This document shows positions 1 through 12,766 of a stretch of DNA of 52,665 nt, piece after piece. The notes beneath the pieces were generated by a model. The model had not been told where the DNA came from, made no database searches, and was given only the letters and a program-made list of their open reading frames with translations. Position 1 is the first letter of the stretch; the number at the start of each line of letters is the position of its first letter. The DNA is from Nemertoderma westbladi (lineage: Eukaryota > Animalia > Xenacoelomorpha). The stretch covers positions 1 to 52,665 of the forward strand of contig JAUCBJ010008312.1 in NCBI GenBank assembly GCA_032718475.1. The letters are read 5' to 3'. The position numbers and the translations under genes were made by a program.

Positions 1-1036
1 GGATTCTCCGATCTATCGGTTTGACGGACATTACGGACGATTGTCCGTCGTCTCCGCGAGAATTCACCATTAGAGTCTATGTAAAAAAAAAAAAATATCG
101 CCCCAACGGACTAGGCGTCGCGCGGAAATGAAAGAGGGTCTAAAAATTAGATTTCACATTTTTTTTTTTTGAAAATTAAGTCGATGGTTTTGTAGCTAAT
201 GTCCGTCAAAGTCGAGAAAACGGACAAAATGACTTTGCGGGATGCGCTATAACTCGGCTAGTATTAATTGTACGGGGACGAAAGTAAGGCGGGTGGAAAG
301 GGAAAGAGTGGTACTACCGTCGTATCGAATGGGGGTAAGATATTTATTAATATTTCGGGTGGAAAAAGGGGCCGTAAATTTTCAGTTTTTGTCCGTCATT
401 TTTATATAATTAATATTTCCGAAATTATTAATTCGAAAACGCGGGTAGGAATCTGCCAATTATTTTTCGGAACGAGTAAAGGATCACAGGGGCTACATTC
501 CTATCGAATGGGGGTACAAAAAATATGTCGGCAAAAGGGTCCAAAAAGGGCCAGAAACTGATAAAGAATTTATAGCTAATAACGTTTAAAGTTTTGACTC
601 TAGAAGGTTAAGGTGCATTTTATACGGTTAATATTGATACGGGCAATCCAAATATTCGATTGCTTTGGCTGCGCAAATGATGTAAAAAAAATGAGGGCCA
701 ATATTAAAATTTCTTGTTTCAAACTCGCTGCGCGGGAACACGTCTAGCTCGAAAACTACTCAACGTCTGGGAGACGTATTTAAACATTTTTATAGAGCGT
801 TAAATTATCTATCTTTCAGCGTTAGTTACAACGCCGTAGCTATTATACAACTGGTGCGGCAGACGATCGTGTGAAATAAAATATTTATAAAAAGGGACAA
901 AAAAATTTTTTTTTAAATAAATAGCTACTCCATTATAATTTAGTGTATTGCACCAAAACTACATTTAAAATGTAGAAAATTACCTCCGCTATCTTTTTTC
1001 TTAACATTTATAATTAAAATTACGAATTTTAAGGGT
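1..1036. repeat. Copy 1 of a direct repeat; probably part of a 2969-bp tandem unit of a non-autonomous DNA/rolling-circle element
   Basis: 1-1036 recurs at 2970-4005 (offset 2969) with only a few substitutions; non-coding and AT-rich, with recurring TATCGAATGGGGGTA motifs. Confidence 0.85.
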
Positions 1037-2126
1037 CGAAAAATATCGCGTAATTTTGGCCCTTTTTTTTCCATTTTTTTGGGGCCAAAAATGACCCCCT
1101 CTCAAAAGATAGAAAAAAAAATTACGGCAAAGAATATACCAATTTTATTGAATTTGGACCGCCAGAACCGAAGTTAGAGCGATTTTAGTGAAAAAATAAA
1201 AATATTTTTTTTTGCAAAAAATTAAGAATGGCCAGCCAATATTGGATTTCGTACCCTCGAACTTAGGTTTCATTAACGTGATTGATGACCACTAGACTAT
1301 GTGACCAAGTGGTTTTGAAATTTTCGAGTGACTATATTTAAACATCAATAACTGCGGTTCTACTCGTCCGTTTGATCTGAAACTTTTTTCATTGGATAGA
1401 GGATAGGTTGTAGTGTGCGAAATAGGAAACAACTTGGGAAAAGACGCATGTGCACTTAGTGCAAAATGCACTTAAAAAGTGCACATTTTTTCGATATTTC
1501 AAACACTATTATTTTCAGTTCTATTCATCATAGAATGTTATTTTTTGGATTAAAATGTAGTTTAGTGTGATTTCTAACTATAAGCTTAACATTTGTTTAC
1601 CTTTTTATGTCTATAAAGTGACTTAAAATGTCCATGAATATGGTCCAAAATCGCAAATGTCGCGATTTATTAAATTTCATTTTTGAAACTTTTAGCAACA
1701 GACACTTGATCATGCACCGTCGTAGATCGGTAGAGGATAAACATAAGTTTGTTAAATAAGATCCACCATTAGGATCTGCTAAAGTGCACTTGTGCAAATA
1801 AGTGTGCAAAAGTGCAAATTTTAAATGAGATCAAATTGTATAGTATTGGGTTCTTTTCGTTGGAGATACTTTATTTTCATATTAATATGTTGTTTGGATC
1901 TTACTGAGCGCATTAGGGACATGTGTACAAATAACTGGTCCTTATAAGGGTTCGATTGGGTAAATTAATAAAATATAAGGTTATAATATTCTAAAAAACC
2001 AGTATGATATTAAATCCACTTTAAACAATAAATAGAGATCAAAAAACAATTGGACCACACAATTAAAAACTCTCACAATTTTGGACTTAATAATATCCCT
2101 TCAAATTTATTCAATAGTGGATATTT

Positions 2127-2174
2127 GGGGGAAGTTAGATGAACTGCATTTATGCAGTGAATCTAACTTCCCCC
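2127..2174. other. Long imperfect palindrome/hairpin
   Basis: GGGGGAAGTTAGAT (2127-2140) pairs with ATCTAACTTCCCCC (2161-2174); inner ACTGCAT/ATGCAGT stem. Confidence 0.85.
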
Positions 2175-2969
2175 TTCAAGATATAATTTACCAAAGGCAC
2201 ACGCTTTAGAGGACCTGTTGTTTACTACGCAGGGTTCGTTGAAACTATACGACTTCACTCAGATTGACAATACATTGTACAATTTCTAAGCTATGAGTGG
2301 TATAAAATGCAGACCTTCGAACTATGGTTCTGGAATTAAATTTTATTACTTCATCTTTTATACTGATTTACCAGTGAAAGAAACCTAGAATCCATTATCA
2401 CAATGTAACAGTATCAATAACCATATCTATTCTATGTAGATCGTAACAAAGACAGCCTTGATTCATATATTATAATTTCAGAGCTGAAATGTTTCAGTAA
2501 CTATAACTTACAGACTTCGTAGTATGTACAAACGATAATGTAGTATATATTAATATTCATGGGTAACCAGTATATAGACTATAGAGCAAGCATTCAGTCG
2601 AAGCAAAAATATATTACTTAAAATAACAAGTAATATAAAATTAACGAGATCAGCTTTTCTTCCCTCATCATGTCTTTCGACCCATACCCCATATCTTTCC
2701 TCTTCCCTCCATCACTTTTCCCTTTACCTCGTGGTCTTTCGTAAAGTATATTTTCATTGAGGGGCCCGCCTTGGTGGGATGAAACATTTCGTAATAGTAC
2801 AGCCCGTGGCCGGCGTGAGGGAGGTGAACCCGGCCACTCCGAAGTCGAAGAATCTATAGCATATTGCTGAGATTGGGTGTCTGTAGCGGTTCTCCTAAAC
2901 TAACCACTATTTTTCCTTTATTTTTTCACCAGAGACGCTTCGACCGATTCTAAGACATTTGATCCATCT

Positions 2970-4005
2970 GGATTCTCCGATCTATCGGTTTGACGGACAT
3001 TACGGACGATTGTCCGTCGTCTCCGCGAGAATTTACCATTAGAGTCTATGTAAAAAAAAAAAAATATCGCCCCAACGGACTAGGCGTCGCGCGGAATCGA
3101 AAGAGGGTCTAAAAATTAGATTTCACATATTTTTTTTTTGAAAATTAAGTCGATGGTTTTGTAGCTAATGTCCGTCAAAGTCGAGAAAACGGACAAAATG
3201 ACTTTGCGGGATGCGCTATAACTCGGCTAGTATTAATTGTACGGGGACGAAAGTAAGGCGGGTGGAAAGGGAAAGAGTGGTACTACCGTCGTATCGAATG
3301 GGGGTAAGATATTTATTAATATTTCGGGTGGAAAAAGGGGCCGTAAATTTTCAGTTTTTGTCCGTCATTTTTATATAATTAATATTTCCGAAATTATTAA
3401 TTCGAAAACGCGGGTAGGAATCTGCCAATTATTTTTCGGAACGCGTAAAGGATCACAGGGGCTACATTCCTATCGAATGGGGGTACAAAAAATATGTCGG
3501 CAAAAGGGTCCAAAAAGGGCCAGAAACTGATAAAGAATTTATAGCTAATAACGTTTAAAGTTTTGACTCTAGAAGGTTAAGGTGCATTTTATACGGTTAA
3601 TATTGATACGGGCAATCCAAATATTCGATTGCTTTGGCTGCGCAAATGATGTAAAAAAAATGAGGGCCAATATTAAAATTTCTTGTTTCAAACTCGCTGC
3701 GCGGGAACACGTCTAGCTCGAAAACTACTCAACGTCTGGGAGACGTATTTAAACATTTTTATAGAGCGTTAAATTATCTATCTTTCAGCGTTAGTTACAA
3801 CGCCGTAGCTATTATACAACTGGTGCGGCAGACGATCGTGTGAAATAAAATATTTATAAAAAGGGACAAAAAAATTTTTTTTTAAATAAATTGCTACTCC
3901 ATTATAATTTAGTGTATTGCACCAAAACTACATTTAAAATGTAGAAAATTACCTCCGCTATCTTTTTTCTTAACATTTATAATTAAAATTACGAATTTTA
4001 AGGGT
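2970..4005. repeat. Copy 2 of the direct repeat, truncated at its junction with the Gypsy element
   Basis: Near-identical to 1-1036; diverges after ...TTTTAAGGGT (4005), where Gypsy gag coding sequence begins. Confidence 0.9.
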
Positions 4006-7000
4006 TATGAAGAATGGTTTGATGACCATTATGAGAGGGTTATGAAAGATTCACAGGTACCAATAATGGAACAGAAAAATCGGTTGCTTGTAAAGATAGG
4101 GCGTTTACATAAAATGTTAGAGGAAACTTTAGATGAAAGTGATAATTCGACTTACGATACCTTAAAGAGAGCGATAATACGAATATTGGGGGATCATAAG
4201 CGAAGTACAGCTGGCGATGTTGCCAACTGTGAGCAAGGAATTAATGAGACACTGCCGGAATATATAGAGAGGTTTATGATGACAGTCCGTCGTCGACGAG
4301 AAGAGCATTCGGAAGATGGCGAACAAGGAATTCTACAGGATTTATTTTCAATGAATATTCGTAATGAAGTTCGGGGTCGATTAAAAGGGTGGCGTCGAAA
4401 TAACCCAGATTCTACATGGAAAGAATTATTTCAGAAAGCCCATGAGTTTGATGTTGAATATCCTCGTAGCATTTGTAGCCAGTCTGGAAGTACTGATGTA
4501 TCCGCTGTAACAGCTGGGTTTTCAAATTCAGATAAACATAAATTTTGTAAGAGGGACCAAAGGAAAGGAAATTATTACTCTGGAAATCGAAATGAAAAAT
4601 GTTTCAATTGCAATAAAACTGGACACGTAGCATCACAATGTCGAGCACCCACATTTTGCTACAAATGTAGGAAAACGGGACACATTGCTAAAGATTGTAA
4701 AGAAAACATTATGGAAATTTCATCCCGTAGTAAAGGGAAAGCTACAGAAACGACTACAAAAGGTGAACTTGGTTGTAGTCTTGTACAAATTGGAAATGAT
4801 ATGATGAATCTAGAGAAGGAAGATTATCGAGATTGTTTTTCTGAGAATATAGATGAAGCATTTTGTGATTCCATTGAACCAGATTCAAACAAAGGATGGA
4901 ACGGTCAATGCTTACGCCGTGCATTTGTGTCTGCTACTCTCAATGGTATAAATATTATTGGTTTTGTAGACCCTGGAAGTGAAGCTTCTATTATTAGTCC
5001 AGCAACATTGCTTAGACTACAGAATAAAACAAAGATGAAATTTAATAAACGTTCAGTACCTTACGATCCGAAATCTGCTTCAGGACATTCGTTGGATATT
5101 GATGGTATTATTAGAACTGAAATGAAACTGGGAGAATTGGAACATGAAGTTGATCTACTAGTGTAAAAGAACTGCAGACATGAATTATTGATTGGATTGG
5201 ATTTACTAGCTGCATTTGGTTGTGTCCTTGACATGACGCAAGGTCATTTAACAATATATGTAGATGGAAAGGAGATTCCATCGAAGATGAAGTCTAGAGT
5301 AATCGGCGAAAGTGAATCGTCGGTGGTGTGGTGTAGTGATGTTGTAATAATTCCTCCTAGAAGTCGTTTAATTATTACTGGTCAACTTGATTCGCATATC
5401 AATCGAGGTGAATCTCAGTCGGTAGTTTTCGATCAGGCAGTTAAACTCCCAAAGCGCCATTCGGTTACAGCAGCTTGCGCTCTAGTAGAACCGGATGAAT
5501 TACAACAAATTCCTGTACAATTGATGAATCCTTTTGAAATTCCAATCAGAATAAACAAGAAAACTAAATTGGGAACTGTAAATACAATTAATGTTGAATC
5601 AGAAATATTAATTGAAGATGAAAGTGATACTTGTATGTCATATCCAGTACAAGAAACAACAAAGAAGCCATGGACTAGAGAAGAACTAAAATCTGAAATG
5701 CAATTTGGATTCGAAGAATGTGATGAAGTTGAGAAAGATGAGATTATTAATATTGCGTTTAAACATAAAACAGTTTTCGCTCGTGACGAGACAGATGTTG
5801 GTTTTATACCAGGTGTCCAACATCATATTAATACTGGTGAATCGGCACTGATTCGCCAAAAAGGGGGACGTATACCACGATCGCATTGGCCAATGGTAGA
5901 ACAGCATATCGAGTCAATGCTGGAAAAAGGAATTATTGAGAGTTCCGAGAGTCCGTGGATGTCTCGTCCGGTATTCGCTCTAAAGAAAGGGGGAGGTTAT
6001 AGATTCTGTGTTGATTACAGACAATTAAACGCGATTACGAAGAAGGATGCATATCCATTACCATCGATCCAAGAATTGATGGATTGTATTGGGTCGCCAG
6101 AACGAACTAAAAAACGAATGTACTTTACAGTACTAGACGCATTTTCGGCATATTGGGCGATTAACGTAGCAACTGAAGACCGCTGTAAGACTGCATTTGC
6201 TACACATAAAGGCTTCTACCAGTTCAATAGAATGCCTTTTGGGTTGTGTAACGCACCGTCGTCGTCGTGGCAATGTGTTATGGACTTAGCGTTGTACGGG
6301 TTGCAGTACACAAGTTGTTTAATTTATATGGATGATGTGTTAATTTTTGGTCACACATTTTTAGAGGCTAAAGAGAGATTAGAATTAGTTTTAAATGCGT
6401 TAGAAAAAGCAGGTATAAAACTGAAACTTAAAAAGTGTTATTTTATTGTACCTCGAATTGTTTATTTGGGACATGTAGTAGATAAATTAGGGAGGCACCC
6501 AGATCCGGAGAAAGTTAACGCAATTGTTAGTATCAAAGAGCTAACAAATAAACAAGATGTTCGTAGTTTTACCGGGTTAGCCTCATATTATAGAGTTTAT
6601 ATCCCACATTGCGCTCATAGATTGAAACCTCTTACTACCTTGATTAAGAATGACGTAGTTTTTGTATGGGGAACACTGCAAAAAAACGCGTTTGACGATA
6701 TTAAACGCGCGCTAACTAATCCACCATGTCTTGTACATCCAGATTTTAGTAAAGACTTTTATATTCATACTGATGCTTGTAAAACTGGACTTGGCGCTGT
6801 TTTAGCGCAGTTAAATGAGTTCGATAAACCACAGCCTGTAGGTTATGCATCTAGAGTATTGCATGGTAGTGAAATTAACTACGGTATTAGTCAATTAGAA
6901 TGTTTAGCTGTGATTTGGGCAATAAAACATTTTAAATCATATTTATACCAAGTAAAAGGTAGTAGAAGTAGTGAAGTTAGATTGCTTAGTGTTGTGCCGA

Positions 7001-7035
7001 AGATTTTACAAGATATTTTATTAGAAGCATACCAT
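4006..7035 (+). pseudogene. gag-pol pseudogene (gag, protease, RT, partial RNase H)
   Basis: ORFs 4042-5166 and 5188-7071 are in the same frame, separated by one in-frame TAA (5164-5166) inside the protease. The C-terminal part of RNase H is missing. Confidence 0.9.
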
Positions 7036-7480
7036 CCCTGCAAACATTTTACGTTAATTACGCTAATCTAACGTTAGACTTTAGTCTGTTTTAGGTTAGA
7101 AAAATAAAGTTATAAAAATAACTTAGAACAAACGTTTTCTAACGTCTTATAATCGTTTAAAAACTACATGTCTAAAATCAACTAAACCCAAACGTTAAAC
7201 TGACGTTGAATTTTAACATCAATTTTTAACGTTATTTTGAAACGTCTGACATTGGTTAAATTTAATCACGTACAAAAATGACTAAACCCAAAGGTTAAAC
7301 TGACGTTGAATTTTAACATCAATTTTTAACGTTATTTTGAAACGTCTGACATTGGTTAAATTTAATCATGTACAAAAATGACTAAACCCAAACGTTAAAC
7401 TGACGTTGAATTTTAACATCAATTTTTAACGTTATTTTGAAACATCTGACATTGGTTAAATTTAATCATGTACAAAAATG
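7036..7480. mobile_element. MITE-like insertion with 3 x 100-bp tandem repeats, interrupting the integrase HHCC finger
   Basis: Starts CCCTGCAAACATTT right after ...LEAYH; units at 7181-7280, 7281-7380 and 7381-7480; integrase resumes with HFATSKMY at about 7482. Confidence 0.75.
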
Positions 7481-7481
7481 A

Positions 7482-8763
7482 CATTTTGCAACTTCAAAAA
7501 TGTATAGTACTATAATTCGTTTTTATTATTGGAAAGGTATGTACAGTGCTATTGATTTGTATTACAGAAATTGTATAAAATGTGCAGTAAGTCGAGATTC
7601 TAGAACCAGACATGAACTCGAATCAATTGAAGTAGATAGACCTTATGAGAGAGTAGCATCTGATTTATTAGGACCGTTTATTCCAACTATAAATGGGTTT
7701 ACATATATTGCAATATTTATAGATTATTTGACGAAATATTGTGAATTTGTAGCACTTCGTAATTCGACAGCAGTAGAGACTGCGAATGCTTTTGTAAATC
7801 GCATAGTTTTACGTTACGGTGCTCCAGAATTACTACTTAGCGATCAAGGTCCTAATTATCGATCGAAATTAGTGCATGAAATTGCGCAGCGTTGTAATAC
7901 GAAAAAAATATTTTCAGTTCCATATCATCCTCAATCCGATGGTTTGGCTGAAAGAACAATACAAACAGTAATTAGATTATTACGTGCAGTAACAAACCAC
8001 AAAGATAGAAATTGGGATGAATTTCTACCTATTGTCCAATTTGCTTATAACAATACAGTACAAAGTAGTACTAATCAGACTCCATTTTATGTAATGCATG
8101 GTTTTGAAGCTAGAAGACCGGTGGACAATTTAATTATTCCAAAAGGTGATAAATTTACACCTGATCAACGAGCTAGAATTATAGGTGAGAGAATGTCAGA
8201 AATTTGGTCTCTAGCTAGAAAAGCCATACATGAGTCTCAAATTGTGCAGAAACGTAATTTTGATAAGAAAGTATGTGCAGTTGATGTTAGAGTAGGAGAT
8301 TTAGTTTGGTGCAGAGATCATTCTATTTTACCTGGTTCGGACCATAAACTTGCTCCAAAATACTCAGGACCCTTTCGAATTGTAGATTTAGACAATAAAA
8401 ATGTGAAGGTTATTCAATTAAATAAAACTAGCGATAAATCAAAAACTATTAGTAGAGATGACGTTAGGTTGCGAGCAGGACCTTATTTGCCATCACTACC
8501 GACAGGAATAACCTTGACAACTAGACAACCTAATGCTCCGTTAGGTCGCGAAACTGATTCTAAACGTGAGAACGGAGATCCACCATTTGAAAATGAATCA
8601 GAAATTATTTTATGTCCTTTATGTGGTATTCCGTGGCAAGATGACGGACCATCGATGGTAGGTTTGTGATAAATGTATGGACTGGTTTCATTTTCATTGT
8701 GTAGGATTAACTGGTGAACCAAATACAGAAAAGTGGTTTTGTGCAGATTGTGCAAATAAATAA
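7482..8763 (+). pseudogene. Integrase with a frameshifted C-terminal PHD finger
   Basis: CIKC zinc ligands, ASDLLGP, LLSDQG, SDGLAER, KLAPKYSGPF (GPF/Y); then CPLC...MVG, a +1 frameshift at about 8664, and CDKCMDWFHFHC...WFCADC to TAA at 8763. Confidence 0.9.
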
Positions 8764-8937
8764 AACTTCTGTATTTTTCATATATTTTAATTGTTTGTTA
8801 CGATTACAATTATTTTGACTTTGAGATGAGTGAAACTGAAAGTAATTTAATTTGTGTTGTAAATTTGGTTAATTTACTGTGATAAATAGATATTTTCATT
8901 TATTAAGATCGGGTCGATCTTTTGGTAACGCGGGGGA

Positions 8938-9116
8938 TGTAAGAAGGTACCGGTAGTTACCATACTGTAGCCTATTTTATGTACAGATGTAGGCCGTTGT
9001 TGTGCGCCTTACCCTGTCTGTCTGTCCTAACTATAATAATCGATGTAATTTGTATATCAGTATAATATGTTAATATATTCATAAAGACGTTACTGCTTTG
9101 CTGCTTTTGTGCTACA
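8938..9116 (+). repeat. Putative short 3' LTR of the Gypsy element (~179 bp)
   Basis: Follows the PPT; TGTA...TACA inverted termini; TATAAT-like motif and ATAAAG near the 3' end. No 5' LTR in the window to confirm the end. Confidence 0.6.
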
Positions 9117-9675
9117 TGCGTTAGAGAACTCGAGGGAGGGGGGTTGAGGCTAAAGCAGATAAGCCGCCCATTACACTAGTACCCCACCCCCCAGGCTCTC
9201 CCCACCCTGACGGAACAGTCTAACCTACACCCTCCCCCTCCCCAATGAAACAGACTAACTTACACCCCCCCCCCCCTAGCTTTATTATATTAATATGTTA
9301 TTAATATTTACATAATTTCTTTATTTGTAGCTTTATTTGTTTTCAAGCCCAAACATGATTGAATATATTAGTTGCATATATTCGTGTTTCTATATGCACT
9401 GACACTTTTTTTGGCAAATTTGCCGCGGGCTCTATATATAATTCATATTATAGTTGCCTCAAAATAAATTGCTATCCATATTATTGATATAGTTATATAG
9501 TTGAGTGCAACGAATTAATTATTTTGATCTTATATTATATTTATCGCCTCGCACTCTAATCTACTCTTCTCGCTGAGCATTCAATGAGCCTGAACAAATT
9601 GGATCAAAATAAAAAAATCTTACATTTATCTCAAATCTAGGATATCACCCCCCTACATCAGCCAGGAGAAGTACA

Positions 9676-10935
9676 TATATAGATAGATAGATGTGTTTAT
9701 TGACAAATAAGTTCGAAGACCACAAGCGACTGACAAATACAAACATACATGACACTAACAATACTGACTATTATATGATACCGTAGAAATATATAATAAC
9801 TGAAAATTCTTATAAATACTATAATATTCCTATAGTTAGGATAAAATTATTACTAAACTATTAACAAAATACTTATATAATATCGTGCAAAGCCAGCAAA
9901 ACAAACGAGTTCAATTCTTAATGTCCAAATGAAAAACTATCACGGCACGGTCAAAGGTATAATATATAAATATGAAAATAAATAAATAGTAATTAATATG
10001 TACAAATTAATATGTTAATATAGAGTAGGCACATAATTTATTCCAGGATATCGAGGGCCGCGCGTATAAAAATACAGATTTCTCGTGGACGATTCAAGGA
10101 AAAGTACATGTCAAGAGAGGCGCAGGATAAATTATTTGCGCGACGCAAATCACTAAGCAGGGTGCACTCGCAAATTACGTGGGCTTCGGTTTGCACCAGA
10201 CCACACTTACAGATCCTGGAGTCGGCAGGAACACGAGACCACCTCCCAGTCTCTACTGCTAAATGGGTCGAAATCAACCGGAATCTCGTAAAGGCCAAAC
10301 GATCTGGCTCGTGAACGTTTAAGACTCTGGAGGTGTAAATCTCTGGAGAGGAGAGCGAAGGGTTCATTGCGTAGTACAGTGGTTTCTCTTGTCCGCGAAC
10401 AGATGGCGTCGTGGTCTACCTTTCGGACGTCTATGTCCAAGTCCGGCGAATTCAGTATTGATGCGAGGCCTTTTGCCATGGTACTGTTACAACCACGTAT
10501 TAGATCGATTGCGAATATTAGGGGACTATGTAACTCGGGCTTGCCCAACATCGACTTTAAAAATATGCGTTGGCGGTTTAAAATCCACGCCTTTGGAGAA
10601 GGCCGACCGGTCTCGAACAATAACAGATCGTGGCAGGTTTGGTTTCGGACGCCTATGGCAGACTTCAGCATGCTAAAATATTGTGATGACGTAGGAGCGA
10701 CGTTACCTCCAATCCACGCCTCGCACCCATACATTATAGATAACGTCACAGCCGCGTCAAATACCAAAAGCTTCACCCAAAGCGGACTAAATGCGTGCTT
10801 ACCGAGGAAAGAATGGAATTTCGAACAATGTTTTAACTTCTCTTTAGCGTGTAATACTATTGCTCTATTTATTCCGCCGGACTGACTGATACAGGCTCCA
10901 AGATATACGTAGCTTGTGCAATTCTTAACCGTACA
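9676..10935 (-). mobile_element. 5'-truncated non-LTR retrotransposon (RTEX-like) with 3' UTR and (ATCT)n tail
   Basis: Minus-strand YVYLG, FDAAVTLSIMYGCEAW, TRFRLISTHLAVETGRW and CCHC CKC...EAHVICEC; frameshift near 10370; 3' end AATAAACAC(ATCT)n. Confidence 0.85.
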
Positions 10936-11036
10936 GTACTAAATAGAATAAATTAAAAATGTGATTTTTATCTTTCGAACTGCAATATAAATTTTGCAGG
11001 GATATTATTTATTTCAGCCTTAATTTATATTTTCAG

Positions 11037-11574
11037 AAGAAGATCTTCCTTCTGGTTCCAGACAAACTGTCGCCAGTGGAGGTGGTATAAAGGTGCTTAA
11101 AAAACAAACAGGAGGTAACATCCAAGTGAGTTTGGTAAATGGGTCAGACTCCATGCATAACCGAGACCAAGTTAAAGTTAACCCCCCATCTCCGCATATT
11201 TCCTCGCCACAACCGCTCACTCCAACACCAAAAGCTGAACGATCCCCCACACCTCGGCCTCCTACTCCAACAGCTGAACGACCTCAACCTACTAATACCG
11301 AACGATCCCCCAGCCCAACATCTGTACGACCCCCAACACCGCCAGTCCCTCCATCAAACATTTCTAAATTTCAAGTGAAACCGGGACAACCAGCTGTTAA
11401 TAAATTATCGCCTAATTCCCTGGCCAATGGGGCAGCTCGTTTATCTCCCAGGAGTAAAGAACCAAAGAAAGTTACCCCGCCACCTAGCGGCCAATTTGTG
11501 AAACACGAAACCAATGGTGGGTTGCAGCGGCCACCGTTAATGAAAACAGTGCAAAATCAAGAGCAAATACAGAG
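11037..11574 (+). CDS. Penultimate coding exon (Pro/Ser/Thr-rich) of a host gene, myosin-III-like tail by inference
   Basis: TTTTCAG acceptor at 11036, open frame EDLPSGSRQ...QEQIQ, AG|GTAAGT donor at 11575; phase matches the exon at 13135. Confidence 0.8.
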
Positions 11575-11915
11575 GTAAGTGGGCGTGGCATTTGCAGTTT
11601 GTATTTCTTGCAACATTAATTTAATTAATACCACATGGCAGCAATACTCGAGCTGAATATTTATTAATTTGTATTCCCTCCTGTTTCACTCTAATAACAT
11701 ACTTGAGGCCGGTAGGTCCGCTGTTAGAGATAGGATATGCAACTTAAGACTACCTGTTCAATAGAAGTGGAATAGATGGGAGATTAAGTGTGTGGGGCAA
11801 GTGGCTGCACTGGTTGGCGCTACTGATGACATAAAGAGGTCTGATAGGCCCTTTTCTGTCTGGCTTATAACATTAAAACTAAATAGGGTTGTTTGTGCGC
11901 GAAAAAATAGTTGGA

Positions 11916-12766
11916 CTAGAAACAGTCCAATAAGATGCCCTGAATCGAGTGCCTGGCTGCGCTAGAAATAGTCCAATAAGGTGCTCTGAATCGAGTGGCT
12001 GGCTGCGCTAGAAACAGTCCAATAAGGTGCCCTGAATCGAGTCGCTGGCTGCGCAAGAAACAGTCCAATAAGGTGCCCTGAATCGAGTGGCTGGCTGCGC
12101 TAGAAACAGTCCAATAAGGTGCCCTGAATCGAGTGGCTGGCCAATAAGGTGCCCTGAATCGAGTGGCTGGCCAATAAGGTGCCCTGAATCGAGTGGCTGG
12201 CTGCGCTAGAAACAGTCCAATAAGGTGCCCTGAATCGAGTGGCTGGCCAATAAGGTGCCCTGAATCGAGTGGCTGGCCAATAAGGTGCCCTGAATCAAGT
12301 CGCTGGCTGCGCTAGAAACAGTCCAATAAGGTGCCCTGAATCGAGTGGCTGGCTGCGCTAGAAACAGTCCAATAAGGTGCCCTGAATCGAGTGGCTGGCC
12401 AATAAGGTGCCCTGAATCGAGTGGCTGGCCAATAAGGTGCCCTGAATCGAGTGGCTGGCTGCGCTAGAAACAGTCCAATAAGGTGCCCTGAATCGAGTGG
12501 CTGGCCAATAAGGTGCCCTGAATCGAGTGGCTGGCCAATAAGGTGCCCTGAATCGAGTGGCTGCCAATAAGGTGCCCTGAATCGAGTGGCTGGCTGCGCT
12601 AGAAACAGTCCAATAAGGGCCCCCCTGAATCGAGTGGCTGGCCAATAAGGTGCCCTGAATCGAGTGGCTGGCCAATAAGGTGCCCTGAATCGAGTGACTG
12701 GCTAATAAGGTGCCCTGAATCGAGTGGCTGGCCAATAAGGTGCCCTGAATCGAGTGGCTGGCTGCG
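11916..12766. repeat. Intronic minisatellite with mixed 30-bp and 46-bp units
   Basis: Core CCAATAAGGTGCCCTGAATCGAGTGGCTGG with or without CTGCGCTAGAAACAGT. Confidence 0.95.

Larger units (their letters stand above)
4006..9116 (+). mobile_element. 5'-truncated, decayed Ty3/Gypsy LTR retrotransposon (gag-PR-RT-RH-INT, PPT, 3' LTR)
   Basis: Two CCHC knuckles (CFNCNKTGHVASQC, CYKCRKTGHIAKDC), protease FVDPGS...LIGLD, RT FCVDYRQLN/MPFGL/YMDD, RNase H TDAC, integrase D-D-E; Gypsy domain order; PPT CGCGGGGGA directly before TGT at 8938. Confidence 0.95.

Noticed and set aside
268-561. 97-aa ORF present twice (also 3237-3530)
   Set aside because: No ATG start, no recognisable domain; a by-product of the repeat.
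2755-2900. GC-rich patch as an snRNA or HDV-like ribozyme
   Set aside because: Only one clear stem; no recognisable snRNA, tRNA or ribozyme consensus by eye.
5164-5166. Programmed gag-pol stop read-through
   Set aside because: The TAA lies inside the protease domain, not at the gag-pol boundary, and the element has other lesions.
7036-7071. KHFTLITLI as the missing RNase H F.L.TDH motif
   Set aside because: It follows integrase-linker sequence, lacks DH and is the translated end of the inserted repeat element.
11916-12766. CRISPR-like repeat/spacer appearance
   Set aside because: The 16-bp inserts are identical rather than unique spacers; no cas genes; eukaryotic intron.
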